A DNA stretch of 64,000 bases from a virus. Lineage: Duplodnaviria; Caudoviricetes. Shown here one piece after another: positions 10,148 to 19,077 of the stretch. A model generated the notes under the pieces. The model had not been told where the DNA came from and made no database searches. It was given only the letters and a program-made list of their open reading frames with translations. Numbering within the stretch: the stretch's first letter is position 1; every line of letters starts with the position of its first letter. Position numbers and translations under genes: made by a program. The stretch spans positions 544,001-608,000 of the IMG/VR virus record IMGVR_UViG_3300021431_000075, one strand, 5' to 3'.

Positions 10148-11284
10148 TTAATTAGCATCAAACTCTGCAAGCGCAGTCTTGTAGTATTCTGAACTGATCG
10201 ACTTCAGAATCCCTTTCGTTTCTTCATCGACATCAGAAAGTTCGTCAATCGACTTGTTAATCAAGTCTTCGATGCTCAACTTCTCATAATCTTCTTCGTC
10301 TGACAAGTTGATTTCACTCTTGGATGGAACAACTTCTATGATAACTTTCTTCGCATCCGGAATGTCTATGAGCTTGTATATGTCGGAACGCTTGTACTTC
10401 TTGTCTATGTCATCTTCTTCAACGATGATGTCAGTATAGTTGTTTGCAAGCATCTTGTGCTTTACGGAATCATCATAGTTGACAAGGCTGCTCAACTCGA
10501 TTTTCTGAAAGATTGGAGAGTACTTGTTCTCCGTGAAGTCCATGAACCCGGTCTCAAGATTCAGCGTGAATATGCCGCTTACGTTTCCGATGTCGCTTCT
10601 TGACATCTGATACGGGGAACCGATGTATGTTACTTTCGGAGTCTCCTGCATCTTGTGGATGTGACCGGAAATAATTTTTCCTTTGAACTTCTCTGCATCA
10701 ACCGCCCCGACGATGACCTTTCCGTTGTTGAACTTCATCTTCGATATGTCAGTATGCATGAACGCGTAGTCTGCTGTTCCGCTGAATTTGACAATCTGCT
10801 TGTTCTCTTCATTGCAGTCGCCAAGATAAGGAATCGCTGCTATGTTCTTGAAACATTTCTTTCCGTCCATGCACTTGACAAGAGTCGGTTCCCTGATAAG
10901 CGTCAGGTTCGATATGTTGTCAAGAGAACGCAGAGATGAGGTTCCCTTGTTTGTTTTCTTAGACAAGTCATGGTTGCCGTTGATTATATATACAGGTAGC
11001 ATTTTCGATAGAGTCTCGAAAGTCGAGATGCAGAGTTCGTTCGCGTCAATGTCAATCGACATCCTGTCATGGTACACGTCACCGAGACAGAACAGAACAC
11101 AATCCGGGTTCTCTTTAAGCTTGCTCTCGACAAGAGGAATGAACCACTTCTCGAAATAGTCGCTTATGTTGTTGAGCCATTCCTCGCTTGCAGAGTTCCA
11201 TCCGAAGTGAATGTCAGAAATCAGGATGATGTGCTTCGACTGTATCTTTATCGTGCTGTAGTCCTTTTCTTTATCTTGTGTCAT
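10148..11284 (-). CDS. Recombination endonuclease nuclease subunit (T4 gp47 / SbcD / Mre11-like)
   Basis: Metallophosphoesterase motifs SDIHFG, LGDVYH, GNHD, SGHIH and YIGSPYQ. Confidence 0.93.
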   Translation of the reverse strand: MTQDKEKDYSTIKIQSKHIILISDIHFGWNSASEEWLNNISDYFEKWFIPLVESKLKENPDCVLFCLGDVYHDRMSIDIDANELCISTFETLSKMLPVYIINGNHDLSKKTNKGTSSLRSLDNISNLTLIREPTLVKCMDGKKCFKNIAAIPYLGDCNEENKQIVKFSGTADYAFMHTDISKMKFNNGKVIVGAVDAEKFKGKIISGHIHKMQETPKVTYIGSPYQMSRSDIGNVSGIFTLNLETGFMDFTENKYSPIFQKIELSSLVNYDDSVKHKMLANNYTDIIVEEDDIDKKYKRSDIYKLIDIPDAKKVIIEVVPSKSEINLSDEEDYEKLSIEDLINKSIDELSDVDEETKGILKSISSEYYKTALAEFDAN

Positions 11285-11299
11285 TATTATTTCAACGAT

Positions 11300-12085
11300 T
11301 TATTTGTCAGCATCAATCATGCTCAAGTCCAGTTTTCCAATCGGCTCGTCAGGAAGGCTTCCCTTGAGAATCTTCGTATAGTATTTCTTTCCGAAAATGC
11401 CATAGTCAAGCATGAATCCGTAGCAGCCTTCATCCAGACGATAACCATTGTCAACAAGGTCGGCAATCGTTCTTGCCTTTCCGTTCTCGTCATTGACAAG
11501 AGAACTTGCATATAGAACAACCTTTCCGTATATCTTATCTCCGATTAGGTTGTCGTAAAGAAGATTCAAGACTTTCTTCATATCTTCAATGGACTTGAAA
11601 CTCCCACTAATCTTGACAGTTGTGAACTTGTTTATCGTATCATAATTGAAAACTCTGGACATATGCTCATAGTCAAGCCTTGACAGATGCTCGTCGTCGG
11701 TGTCCGGGATGTAACCGTATATTGTCAATGTCGGAATCTCCATTGATTCTGCAATGAAACCGCATATCGGATCCGGAGCAGTCCTAAGGCTTGTTGATGA
11801 AATCTTTATCGAAGTGTAGTTGATGTCGAATGCCGTATTGACGAACTCTGGTGCCGCAAACTTGTAATTCAGCAAGATTCCGTCCTGCGTTTTCTTGCAT
11901 CTGGTGATGCAGTTGCCGAAGAAATTGACCGGACTGTCATCAGACTTGAACCACTTGCTTGCGGTCAGCGGTTTCTTTTTTGTTTCTTTATCCGCATTAG
12001 AAGCCGCATTATCTGCAGATTCGTTTAAGACTTCTTCTTTAACTTCTGTCAGATTTTCAGTTTTGTCTATTTTCTTTTTTGTCAT
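11300..12085 (-). CDS. Hypothetical protein (261 aa)
   Basis: Long ORF in the same operon as gp47; no motif recognised. Confidence 0.75.
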   Translation of the reverse strand: MTKKKIDKTENLTEVKEEVLNESADNAASNADKETKKKPLTASKWFKSDDSPVNFFGNCITRCKKTQDGILLNYKFAAPEFVNTAFDINYTSIKISSTSLRTAPDPICGFIAESMEIPTLTIYGYIPDTDDEHLSRLDYEHMSRVFNYDTINKFTTVKISGSFKSIEDMKKVLNLLYDNLIGDKIYGKVVLYASSLVNDENGKARTIADLVDNGYRLDEGCYGFMLDYGIFGKKYYTKILKGSLPDEPIGKLDLSMIDADK

Positions 12086-12171
12086 TTTCAGAGAGAAACT
12101 AAAAAATCAAATGAGTATACACAAAAAAACTTGTTTGGTTTAAAAAATAACAAAAATAATTAGTTTTTAAT

Positions 12172-12179
12172 GATAAATA
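12172..12179 (+). promoter_or_regulatory. Putative late promoter GATAAATA
   Basis: About 35 bp upstream of the ATG at 12214. Confidence 0.55.
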
Positions 12180-12213
12180 TCTTATAATAATTAAAGTATC
12201 TTGAAAGTTTTCA

Positions 12214-12999
12214 ATGCCAAATGCAGTAACATTAAATGAAGTAGATGCTATACTTGACAGTGTTTATCCAAGCCAGATAAATCTTAAGTCGTTTGACAAG
12301 AAAGAAGATTTGAACAGAAAGATTTGGGGTTCAGATAACAAACTCAAGAAAGTCATCAGAAAGCATCTTGTAAACATAGCGAACGACTTTATCGACGATA
12401 TGGAGATGGGAATCAAGATTGATGATATCGTGCTTGTCGGTTCTCTTGCCGGCTATAACTGGAGCAAGTACTCTGATGTTGACTTGCACATCATGATTGA
12501 TTTCAGCAAACTTTCCGAGTATGGAAATCCGGACACTCTTAAGAAATTGTTCGACATGAAGAAAAATGACTGGAACCGCGTGCATGACGTTCTCATATAC
12601 GGTTATCCTGTCGAGATTTATGTACAGGAGAAGAATGAGGAAAATGCGTCAAACGGCATCTATTCCGTGAAGTATGACAAGTGGATTAAGATTCCTAACT
12701 CGGATGACTATGAACTGAACAAGGAACTCATCAAGACCCAGGCGTCGCAGTACATCAACATCATCGATAAAATCGAGGAACTGACTGACAGGCTTCTGAC
12801 CAAGAGACAGTGCATGATTCTCCGAGAAGAGGTTGTCAAGTTGAATGACGAAATCATTCAGGGAAGAAGAGACGCGATTGCAGAAGCCGGCGAGTATGCT
12901 CCGGGCAACATCGTGTTCAAGGTTTTGCGCAGAAGCGGACACATCGGAAAGTTGAAGGAAATCAAGGCTTACTTGTTCGACAAGATAAACACGATTTAA
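12214..12999 (+). CDS. Nucleotidyltransferase (DNA pol-beta superfamily)
   Basis: hGS...DxD motif (LVGSLAGYNWSKYSDVDLHI) plus PVEIYVQ; a family common in large phages. Confidence 0.8.
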   Translation: MPNAVTLNEVDAILDSVYPSQINLKSFDKKEDLNRKIWGSDNKLKKVIRKHLVNIANDFIDDMEMGIKIDDIVLVGSLAGYNWSKYSDVDLHIMIDFSKLSEYGNPDTLKKLFDMKKNDWNRVHDVLIYGYPVEIYVQEKNEENASNGIYSVKYDKWIKIPNSDDYELNKELIKTQASQYINIIDKIEELTDRLLTKRQCMILREEVVKLNDEIIQGRRDAIAEAGEYAPGNIVFKVLRRSGHIGKLKEIKAYLFDKINTI

Positions 13000-13035
13000 A
13001 TCAATAATAAGAAACAAATTCACAAATCTTTATAA

Positions 13036-14280
13036 ATGAGAAGATATAATAGCAATAGCACTATCAAAAACAGAATCATAAGGGATGTTATGAAAGAAGT
13101 CGGACCGCTTCTTGAGCATGACTGGACTTCATCTGAGGCTGCGATGATGGCGGACAGATACGGCGAGCTTCATCTTTCTTCCGATGCCAAGAGATGGAGA
13201 GACTTTGCAGACGAGCTTAAGGACAAGGAGCAGTCGCAGGACTATGATGACGTGATTGACGTGAAGAGCATGATGTCATTCTTCGACAACAAGAAGAGAT
13301 TCATTCTTGCGACATACATTCCGGCAAAGATGAACATTCTCATGTACTTCGGAAACAACAACAAGATTGCGATTGTCAGATTGACTCCGCAGGGAACGAA
13401 GGAAATATATTGGCAGGACATTATCCAGTCAATCGCGTCTCTGTACAAGAGAGAGCATGTCAAGAAGAACGGCAACTGTGCTTCTGTGAGCAAGTCTCTC
13501 AGGAACCACAGAAAGGAAGCAAAGGAACTATGTGCAGAAATCAAGAGAGTGTTCGGCTATGACCTCAGCTGGAGATTCTTCAGTGTGACAGGAAGCACTC
13601 GTGTTGTCAAGAACGTATTCATTGAAAAGGCATTCAACATCATCGAGATAAAGAATGACATTTTATCGGAAGAGAATAACTACACTTATATGCCGGTAGG
13701 AGAAGTTGATGCAGGAAACACGCTAAGATATTCGCGTGCCGTGTTTGACCGCGAGTTCTACATGTTCATCTTAAAAGATATGACAATCAACGAGAAGAAC
13801 TCTCAGTATTTTATCTATATCGGCAACATGACAACTGCTATCGTGTTCAGAATCAAAGCATATAGAAATAAATCGGATTTCTATCATTCGCTGCAGCCGG
13901 GTCCGGCAAATGAATACCTGAGGCATTTCAACCTTATCAGTTCAAGAAACAGGTTGAGCATCGCGACGAAGGAAACAAGCCACATTGACAATATCTATAA
14001 TTTCTTCAAGTCGAGACCTAAGGATGAGAGGGACGCATTCTTCGCATACTTGTCAAAGTGCATTTCTTCAAATGTGTCGTTCAAGGATGTTAGAGAGTAC
14101 TATAACATCGAGCACAATAACATCGTGAAGAAAAAGAAAGACGAACTCCATGAGCTCGACCTTGATGGAAAGGGTAATGTTATTGTCAGCACAGTAGATA
14201 ACACTCCTTCTGATGACATCAACGCAGATGACGATACAATCGTAGCAAGCGGCAACAATTCCGCAGAGGATTTCGTTTAG
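13036..14280 (+). CDS. Hypothetical protein (414 aa)
   Basis: Long ORF ending in TAG before a terminator. The N-terminus (MRR...IIRDVMKEV..LLE) resembles the leader of the 17285 and 18849 genes. Confidence 0.75.
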   Translation: MRRYNSNSTIKNRIIRDVMKEVGPLLEHDWTSSEAAMMADRYGELHLSSDAKRWRDFADELKDKEQSQDYDDVIDVKSMMSFFDNKKRFILATYIPAKMNILMYFGNNNKIAIVRLTPQGTKEIYWQDIIQSIASLYKREHVKKNGNCASVSKSLRNHRKEAKELCAEIKRVFGYDLSWRFFSVTGSTRVVKNVFIEKAFNIIEIKNDILSEENNYTYMPVGEVDAGNTLRYSRAVFDREFYMFILKDMTINEKNSQYFIYIGNMTTAIVFRIKAYRNKSDFYHSLQPGPANEYLRHFNLISSRNRLSIATKETSHIDNIYNFFKSRPKDERDAFFAYLSKCISSNVSFKDVREYYNIEHNNIVKKKKDELHELDLDGKGNVIVSTVDNTPSDDINADDDTIVASGNNSAEDFV

Positions 14281-14299
14281 GAGATGAGTATTATATAAA

Positions 14300-14335
14300 G
14301 AAAAGAGCAATCCGAATTTCCGGGTTGCTCTTTTT
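14300..14335. terminator. Bidirectional intrinsic terminator
   Basis: AAAAGAGCAATCCG-aattt-CCGGGTTGCTCTTTT between convergent genes. Confidence 0.7.
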
Positions 14336-14337
14336 CG

Positions 14338-17148
14338 TTATCTTCCTGTCGGATAATGCATCGGCTGCCTTAGTGGACTCGCAGTCGGATAGCCTCCGCC
14401 GTAACCGGGCATCTGCGGACTTCTCGGTGCTGATGGAACGCTTGACGGATATGACGGCATCGGTGCCGACGGATAACGTCCGGTTTGCGGATATGCAGGT
14501 GGCATTTGATGCATGCTTCCTGTCGATGAAGCTGTTGTTATCTTTCCGAAACCGCTTGCCGCGTTTCCGTACAGATGGGCGATGTCTGATTCCGAATATT
14601 CGTCGTCAAGTGTCTGGACTGCATATTTCTCTATGAACATGTTAACCTGCGAAAGCGTCTCTGTCATTTCATAGCTCACAAGTTCGGAAGAGCATAGCAT
14701 CATGAACCAGTCATCCAGCCAGTACTGGAATTCTTCTTCCTCGAAAGCGACAGAGACGAACAAGACTGTTGTCGCAAGGTCGTCGTGCATGACTCCGCCT
14801 GAATATGTTCCTGTCTTCGATTTCGCGAATGCCTCAAGCTGCTGAATGGTTGAGTTTGACGACACTTCATGGTCGTGTGTTATGATGATTTGTCTTCTTG
14901 AAATCATCTTCGCGCCGAGTTCGCAGAAGTATCCCTTTCCCTTGCTGCCGGAGACTGTCTTGAATCCCATCTCCTTCTTTGTCGCTTTGCTGGAATGGAA
15001 AGTCTTGATGACAAGAGACGGATAGAACATGTCATGCTTCTTGAATATCTTCAGCCAGTTGTGTCCATTGAAATTAATTTCTATATTGACACGGCAGTTG
15101 TCGAACTCTGTTCCGAGATATGTCATTTGTCCGTTCTTGAGCCATGTGAACACGATATGCTTTGCCGCTTCCGCGCATTCTTCCTCGTCGAACACCTGAT
15201 CCATATAGACTCCGACCTGTCTGAACGCGATGCAGTCTTTCAGTTTGACTTCCTTGTATCCGTCTCTGTTCGCTTCGATTATCTGCGGGTCCAAGAATTC
15301 GATTTTGTATATCGTTATGACGTTCCAGTCCGAATCTTCCTGTCCCTTTTCTCCGATTTGCTTTCCCTCTGCCGTGTCTATCTGCAGAAAGAACCTGCTT
15401 GTCATCAGGTCTTGTTCTGTCAACTGGTCCGGATGGAAGTCGGGATGCCAGAACAGTTTGGAAGAGACGTTTCTCGGAATGCCGTATATGTCAACAGAAC
15501 GGAAGAAGCAAGCATGGTCGTTCATCCACTTCAAATCAACAGGAGAAACAAGCTTTGATGCATCAGAGTCGAAAGAGAGACCGAATTCCTGATTGAAGTT
15601 CGCTTCGCCGAATGCCGCTATCTGCTTCTGCTTCCATTCTTCCGTATCGTGTCCCGGAACCTGCCAGTAGTCAACCCTCTTGTATCTGAATCCGTTCCAC
15701 TTCGGATTGTCGTGCGAATAGACCATGTCGCTGGAGAACAGCAGGTCTGCATAAAGGTTATGACGTCCGCGTGGCGTTGAAAGAACGATGATTTGCGATA
15801 TTTCCGATGATGAAAGAGTCGGCCAGACAGACTGCCAGAACGGAACAATTTTGTTTGCCGGAATAAGAGCGCACTCGTCAACCATGAGAAGATGAATGGT
15901 AGAACCTGTCGCCGGCGTCTCTGATGTTGCGGAACACTTGAGCGTGCATCCGTTCTCGAACTTGATTGTCGTCTTTGATACAGAGCGGACTCCGGGCTTG
16001 AGCCAGAACGGAAGTCCCTTTAGGATGTCTGTGACCTTGTCAAGAATCTCTTCTGCAGTATCTCCCTTGTTTGCTACGATTCTTGCATTCTTGTCCTTGT
16101 TGAATATCATATAATAGACCATGAATGCGGCAGTCGTTGTCGTGTTGTGCGAAAGTATTCCGTTCGTGAAGTAAGAATGACAATAGTCGTTTATTGAAAC
16201 ATCGCACATGAACTCTTTCCGGTCTGTCTTTGTGACAGAGATGACGCGAGAGAAACCTGTCGTGACTTGTAGCAGGTCAGATGTTGTCAAGTCCTTTGCA
16301 TATTTCCAGACATTTGTCGATGTCTTGACAAGATGCGTGTCCGCGCATTCGAGAGAGAAACCGTTCTCCAACTTGATTATATAGACAATGAACGGCTTCG
16401 TGATATGAAAGTGAGTAGCCGGCTTGTAGTCGTTGTTTTCAGAAAGAACAAGCGTGTCTATGTTCGTTGTCTGTATTATCTTCTTGTTAAAATGCTGAAA
16501 GTCTTTGATTTTGAACTTTCTGCACATGCACTTGTATATGAAACCGGACATGATGTTGTTCTTGTTGAACTTGTGCGCTGTGTATATCAAGAAGTCAAGA
16601 ATCGTCGGTTTCTTGATTGAACGGTAGTATATTTCATAGAGTGGAACTTGCTTGTTGTTGATTGTGACGTTTGTGTTCAGGGAAACGCATTTTCCGGTCT
16701 GTCTTGACTGAAGCAGGATGTTGAGTCTTGACTTCGGAAGGAACATCTCGTACTCTTCATTGTAGTACGAATCAGTGTACATTTCGATGACATCTTTCTG
16801 GTAGTCCCTGAGCTTGACAGTCATCCTGCCGCGGTCCGTCAAGAACTTGCAGTATGTCTCGATGAAGTAAAACGGATCGTCTTGGCATTTCTGCATCTCG
16901 TCCCACTCTTCTTTTGTGTACTCGAAGGCGAGGTCCGCGTTACGCCACTCTATCTTTCCATGAAAGAACGGAATCATGTCCGGAGCAGTTCCGTTCTCTA
17001 TGTCTTTCAGTATCTGGTTTATCTTCTCTGTCGAGTATATCTCCGCTCGTTTCTCCTTCTCAAGTTCCTTGTCGAGATAGTTTGACTTGTCATCACGAAG
17101 TTCAATCTGCTCCCGGCGTGGAATAGACATCCTGCGCTTTGTTGGCAT
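14338..17148 (-). CDS. Terminase large subunit (T4 gp17-like) containing an intein
   Basis: DPFYFIETY, LRDYQ, Walker A SRQTGK/TTT split by the intein, Walker B LLMVDECA, STPRG, FNQEF and nuclease HDDLA. Confidence 0.95.
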   Translation of the reverse strand: MPTKRRMSIPRREQIELRDDKSNYLDKELEKEKRAEIYSTEKINQILKDIENGTAPDMIPFFHGKIEWRNADLAFEYTKEEWDEMQKCQDDPFYFIETYCKFLTDRGRMTVKLRDYQKDVIEMYTDSYYNEEYEMFLPKSRLNILLQSRQTGKCVSLNTNVTINNKQVPLYEIYYRSIKKPTILDFLIYTAHKFNKNNIMSGFIYKCMCRKFKIKDFQHFNKKIIQTTNIDTLVLSENNDYKPATHFHITKPFIVYIIKLENGFSLECADTHLVKTSTNVWKYAKDLTTSDLLQVTTGFSRVISVTKTDRKEFMCDVSINDYCHSYFTNGILSHNTTTTAAFMVYYMIFNKDKNARIVANKGDTAEEILDKVTDILKGLPFWLKPGVRSVSKTTIKFENGCTLKCSATSETPATGSTIHLLMVDECALIPANKIVPFWQSVWPTLSSSEISQIIVLSTPRGRHNLYADLLFSSDMVYSHDNPKWNGFRYKRVDYWQVPGHDTEEWKQKQIAAFGEANFNQEFGLSFDSDASKLVSPVDLKWMNDHACFFRSVDIYGIPRNVSSKLFWHPDFHPDQLTEQDLMTSRFFLQIDTAEGKQIGEKGQEDSDWNVITIYKIEFLDPQIIEANRDGYKEVKLKDCIAFRQVGVYMDQVFDEEECAEAAKHIVFTWLKNGQMTYLGTEFDNCRVNIEINFNGHNWLKIFKKHDMFYPSLVIKTFHSSKATKKEMGFKTVSGSKGKGYFCELGAKMISRRQIIITHDHEVSSNSTIQQLEAFAKSKTGTYSGGVMHDDLATTVLFVSVAFEEEEFQYWLDDWFMMLCSSELVSYEMTETLSQVNMFIEKYAVQTLDDEYSESDIAHLYGNAASGFGKITTASSTGSMHQMPPAYPQTGRYPSAPMPSYPSSVPSAPRSPQMPGYGGGYPTASPLRQPMHYPTGR
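16144..16689 (-). mobile_element. Mini-intein (182 aa) in the terminase Walker A motif
   Basis: Begins CVSLNT, contains block B (LECADTHLV) and block F (MCDVSI), and ends YFTNGILSHN followed by Thr. Removal restores SRQTGKTTT. No LAGLIDADG or HNH motif seen. Confidence 0.9.
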
Positions 17149-17173
17149 TGGCAGTAGTTTTGCAAAATTTTTT

Positions 17174-17181
17174 TATTTATC
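17174..17181 (-). promoter_or_regulatory. Putative late promoter GATAAATA for terminase
   Basis: About 26 bp upstream of the ATG at 17148. Confidence 0.55.
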
Positions 17182-17241
17182 AAATGAAAATGTAGATTGT
17201 TGAAAATAATGAGTTTATGAGCATAGTGTGTTCAAAAATCC

Positions 17242-17365
17242 TTTTTTTTTGTGCAATAAATAAACAAAATGCATTTTTTATTAAATGAGAATACAAAGCA
17301 AGAAGGCTCTTTATGAGAGCATCATGAGAGATGTTGCCAAAGTAGTTAAGAGAAGATTGAATGAG
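17242..17365 (+). repeat. Promoter plus leader module, copy 1 (inverted partner at 18769..18892)
   Basis: TTTTTTTTTGTGCAATAAATAAACAAAATGCATTTTTTATTAAATGAGA is identical in both copies, followed by similar coding for LYESIMRDVAKVVKRRLNE. Confidence 0.85.
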
Positions 17366-17959
17366 TCTGATGGAGAAATTAACAGTTCGCGTTCTTATTC
17401 ATTGAGCGAGATTCCGTTTGAATGGCTTCTTAAACCCGATCTCAATAAAAAATTCAATAAATTAAACCCAGAACTATTCAAGCTTGACAATAAAGGAAGA
17501 ATTGGCATCAATTTATATTCTCTTGGCATTAATGATGATGATTATGATGATGCACCACCAACAAACCTAAAACCGATGATGACTATTTATGCAGAAAATA
17601 TAGCACAACTCTGTTGCAAAGTTTATTATTTGTATAATGTAACACAAAATAAAATTAATCCATGTAATAAATACTTTTTTAAAGTATTTAAAACATTTGA
17701 ACGAAATTCAATTAAATTTAATCATCTTCTTGGAAATTTCAGTGATTTGATCGATGAACTCAAAAAAGTAGATCCTTGGTTTATCAATCATCCAAAAAGA
17801 TACGCCGGTGGCTTTTTGAAGTTATTTGGTTCTAATGAAGAAAAAGCAAAATTGATTCTTGATGTATTCAATCATGTCGAAAAAGTTTATCCATTTTCAA
17901 GATTAATAAATGCAACATATGGTGAGATTGAAAAAGAACTTCATGACATGTTTTCTTAA
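17285..17959 (+). CDS. Hypothetical protein, paralog of 18151..18849; putative internal head protein
   Basis: Shared leader LYESIMRDVAKVVKRRLNE and shared FKLDxxGRIG and DPWFINH motifs. Confidence 0.75.
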   Translation: MRIQSKKALYESIMRDVAKVVKRRLNESDGEINSSRSYSLSEIPFEWLLKPDLNKKFNKLNPELFKLDNKGRIGINLYSLGINDDDYDDAPPTNLKPMMTIYAENIAQLCCKVYYLYNVTQNKINPCNKYFFKVFKTFERNSIKFNHLLGNFSDLIDELKKVDPWFINHPKRYAGGFLKLFGSNEEKAKLILDVFNHVEKVYPFSRLINATYGEIEKELHDMFS

Positions 17960-18016
17960 TGATATGAAAAGAAGCATAGAAGTAGAAGATGATGAATTCT
18001 AAAAACAATATAATCT

Positions 18017-18051
18017 AAAAAGGTCATCAATTTTATATGATGACCTTTTTT
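18017..18051 (+). terminator. Intrinsic terminator
   Basis: AAAAAGGTCATCA...TGATGACCTTTTTT; a similar hairpin at about 18092..18127 serves the opposite gene. Confidence 0.6.
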
Positions 18052-18150
18052 GTTTTTATAATGTATTGAAACATATTTATTTATTAATAAAGAAATGGTC
18101 ACCATTTTTTTGATGATGACCATTTTCCTTTTCAATTGTACTTTCTAAAA

Positions 18151-18849
18151 TCAGAGATATTTTCTAACAAACTTATCCAGTGGACAAACATGGTCAAGAT
18201 GCGTAAAAACATCTTCAATTACATTCAGACTTAGTGAACCGTCTTCTCCTGTTTTAATATATATTTTTTCATCACCTTCTTTGCCATAAACTCTTCTTGA
18301 ATGATTGATAAACCAAGGATCATTTTGTTTGATTTCATCTATTCTATCCAAGTAACCATGAATAAAATCTGCAAACCCTGGAATGTTACGCATAAAAAAA
18401 TAATACAAACGTTCAATTTTTGGATTGCATTTTCCAAATGTTCTTCTATGATCGAAAATTAAATAACTTAATTTAGCAATAGCAAATGCAATATTGTCTT
18501 CATACAATACAAATGATGGCTTTTGAACATTTGGAATATAATCACGATTTGCATCTCTAATATTTTTATAAGCATAAACATCAAAACCGATTCTTCCATC
18601 ATGGTCGAGTTTAAATATATCTGGACTGTCATTATGAAGAACTCTGTTGAATATAGGATTCAAAATATCTCTAAATGTATACTCTGAAAGTTTTTTCTTA
18701 CTTGCAATATTCATATCTATGTCATCAACATCATTAAAAGAATTTGTTGATTCAAAGTCATACAGACCTTCGTTGAGTCTTCTTTTGACAACTTTTGCAA
18801 CATCTCTCATGATGCTCTCATAGAGAGATCTTTTGTTTTGTCTTCTCAT
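18151..18849 (-). CDS. Hypothetical protein, paralog of 17285..17959; putative internal head protein
   Basis: Same leader and internal motifs as 17285..17959. Confidence 0.75.
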   Translation of the reverse strand: MRRQNKRSLYESIMRDVAKVVKRRLNEGLYDFESTNSFNDVDDIDMNIASKKKLSEYTFRDILNPIFNRVLHNDSPDIFKLDHDGRIGFDVYAYKNIRDANRDYIPNVQKPSFVLYEDNIAFAIAKLSYLIFDHRRTFGKCNPKIERLYYFFMRNIPGFADFIHGYLDRIDEIKQNDPWFINHSRRVYGKEGDEKIYIKTGEDGSLSLNVIEDVFTHLDHVCPLDKFVRKYL

Positions 18850-18892
18850 TTAATAAAAAATGCATTTTGTTTATTTATTGCACAAAAAAAAA
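18769..18892 (-). repeat. Promoter plus leader module, copy 2
   Basis: Reverse complement of 17242..17365. Confidence 0.85.
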
Positions 18893-18919
18893 ACAAAATC
18901 GAACAATCTTTGTAGATAT

Positions 18920-19000
18920 AAAAAAGATAATGAGCAACTATTTTAGTTGCTCATTATATCTTCAATTTTAATTATTCTCTATACGGAAATAAGTGTCTAT
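18920..19000 (-). pseudogene. Terminator plus 3' remnant of a companion gene (copy of about 46721..46801)
   Basis: Near-identical to the end of the 46769..47545 gene and its hairpin. Encodes IDTYFRIENN* versus IDTYFHIEHN*, with an in-frame stop a few codons upstream. Confidence 0.7.
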
Positions 19001-19077
19001 TGTTATTTGTTTAATTCAAACATATCCTCAACAAGTCTTTTGAAATTAAATAGTTATAAAACATCAATAAACATAAT

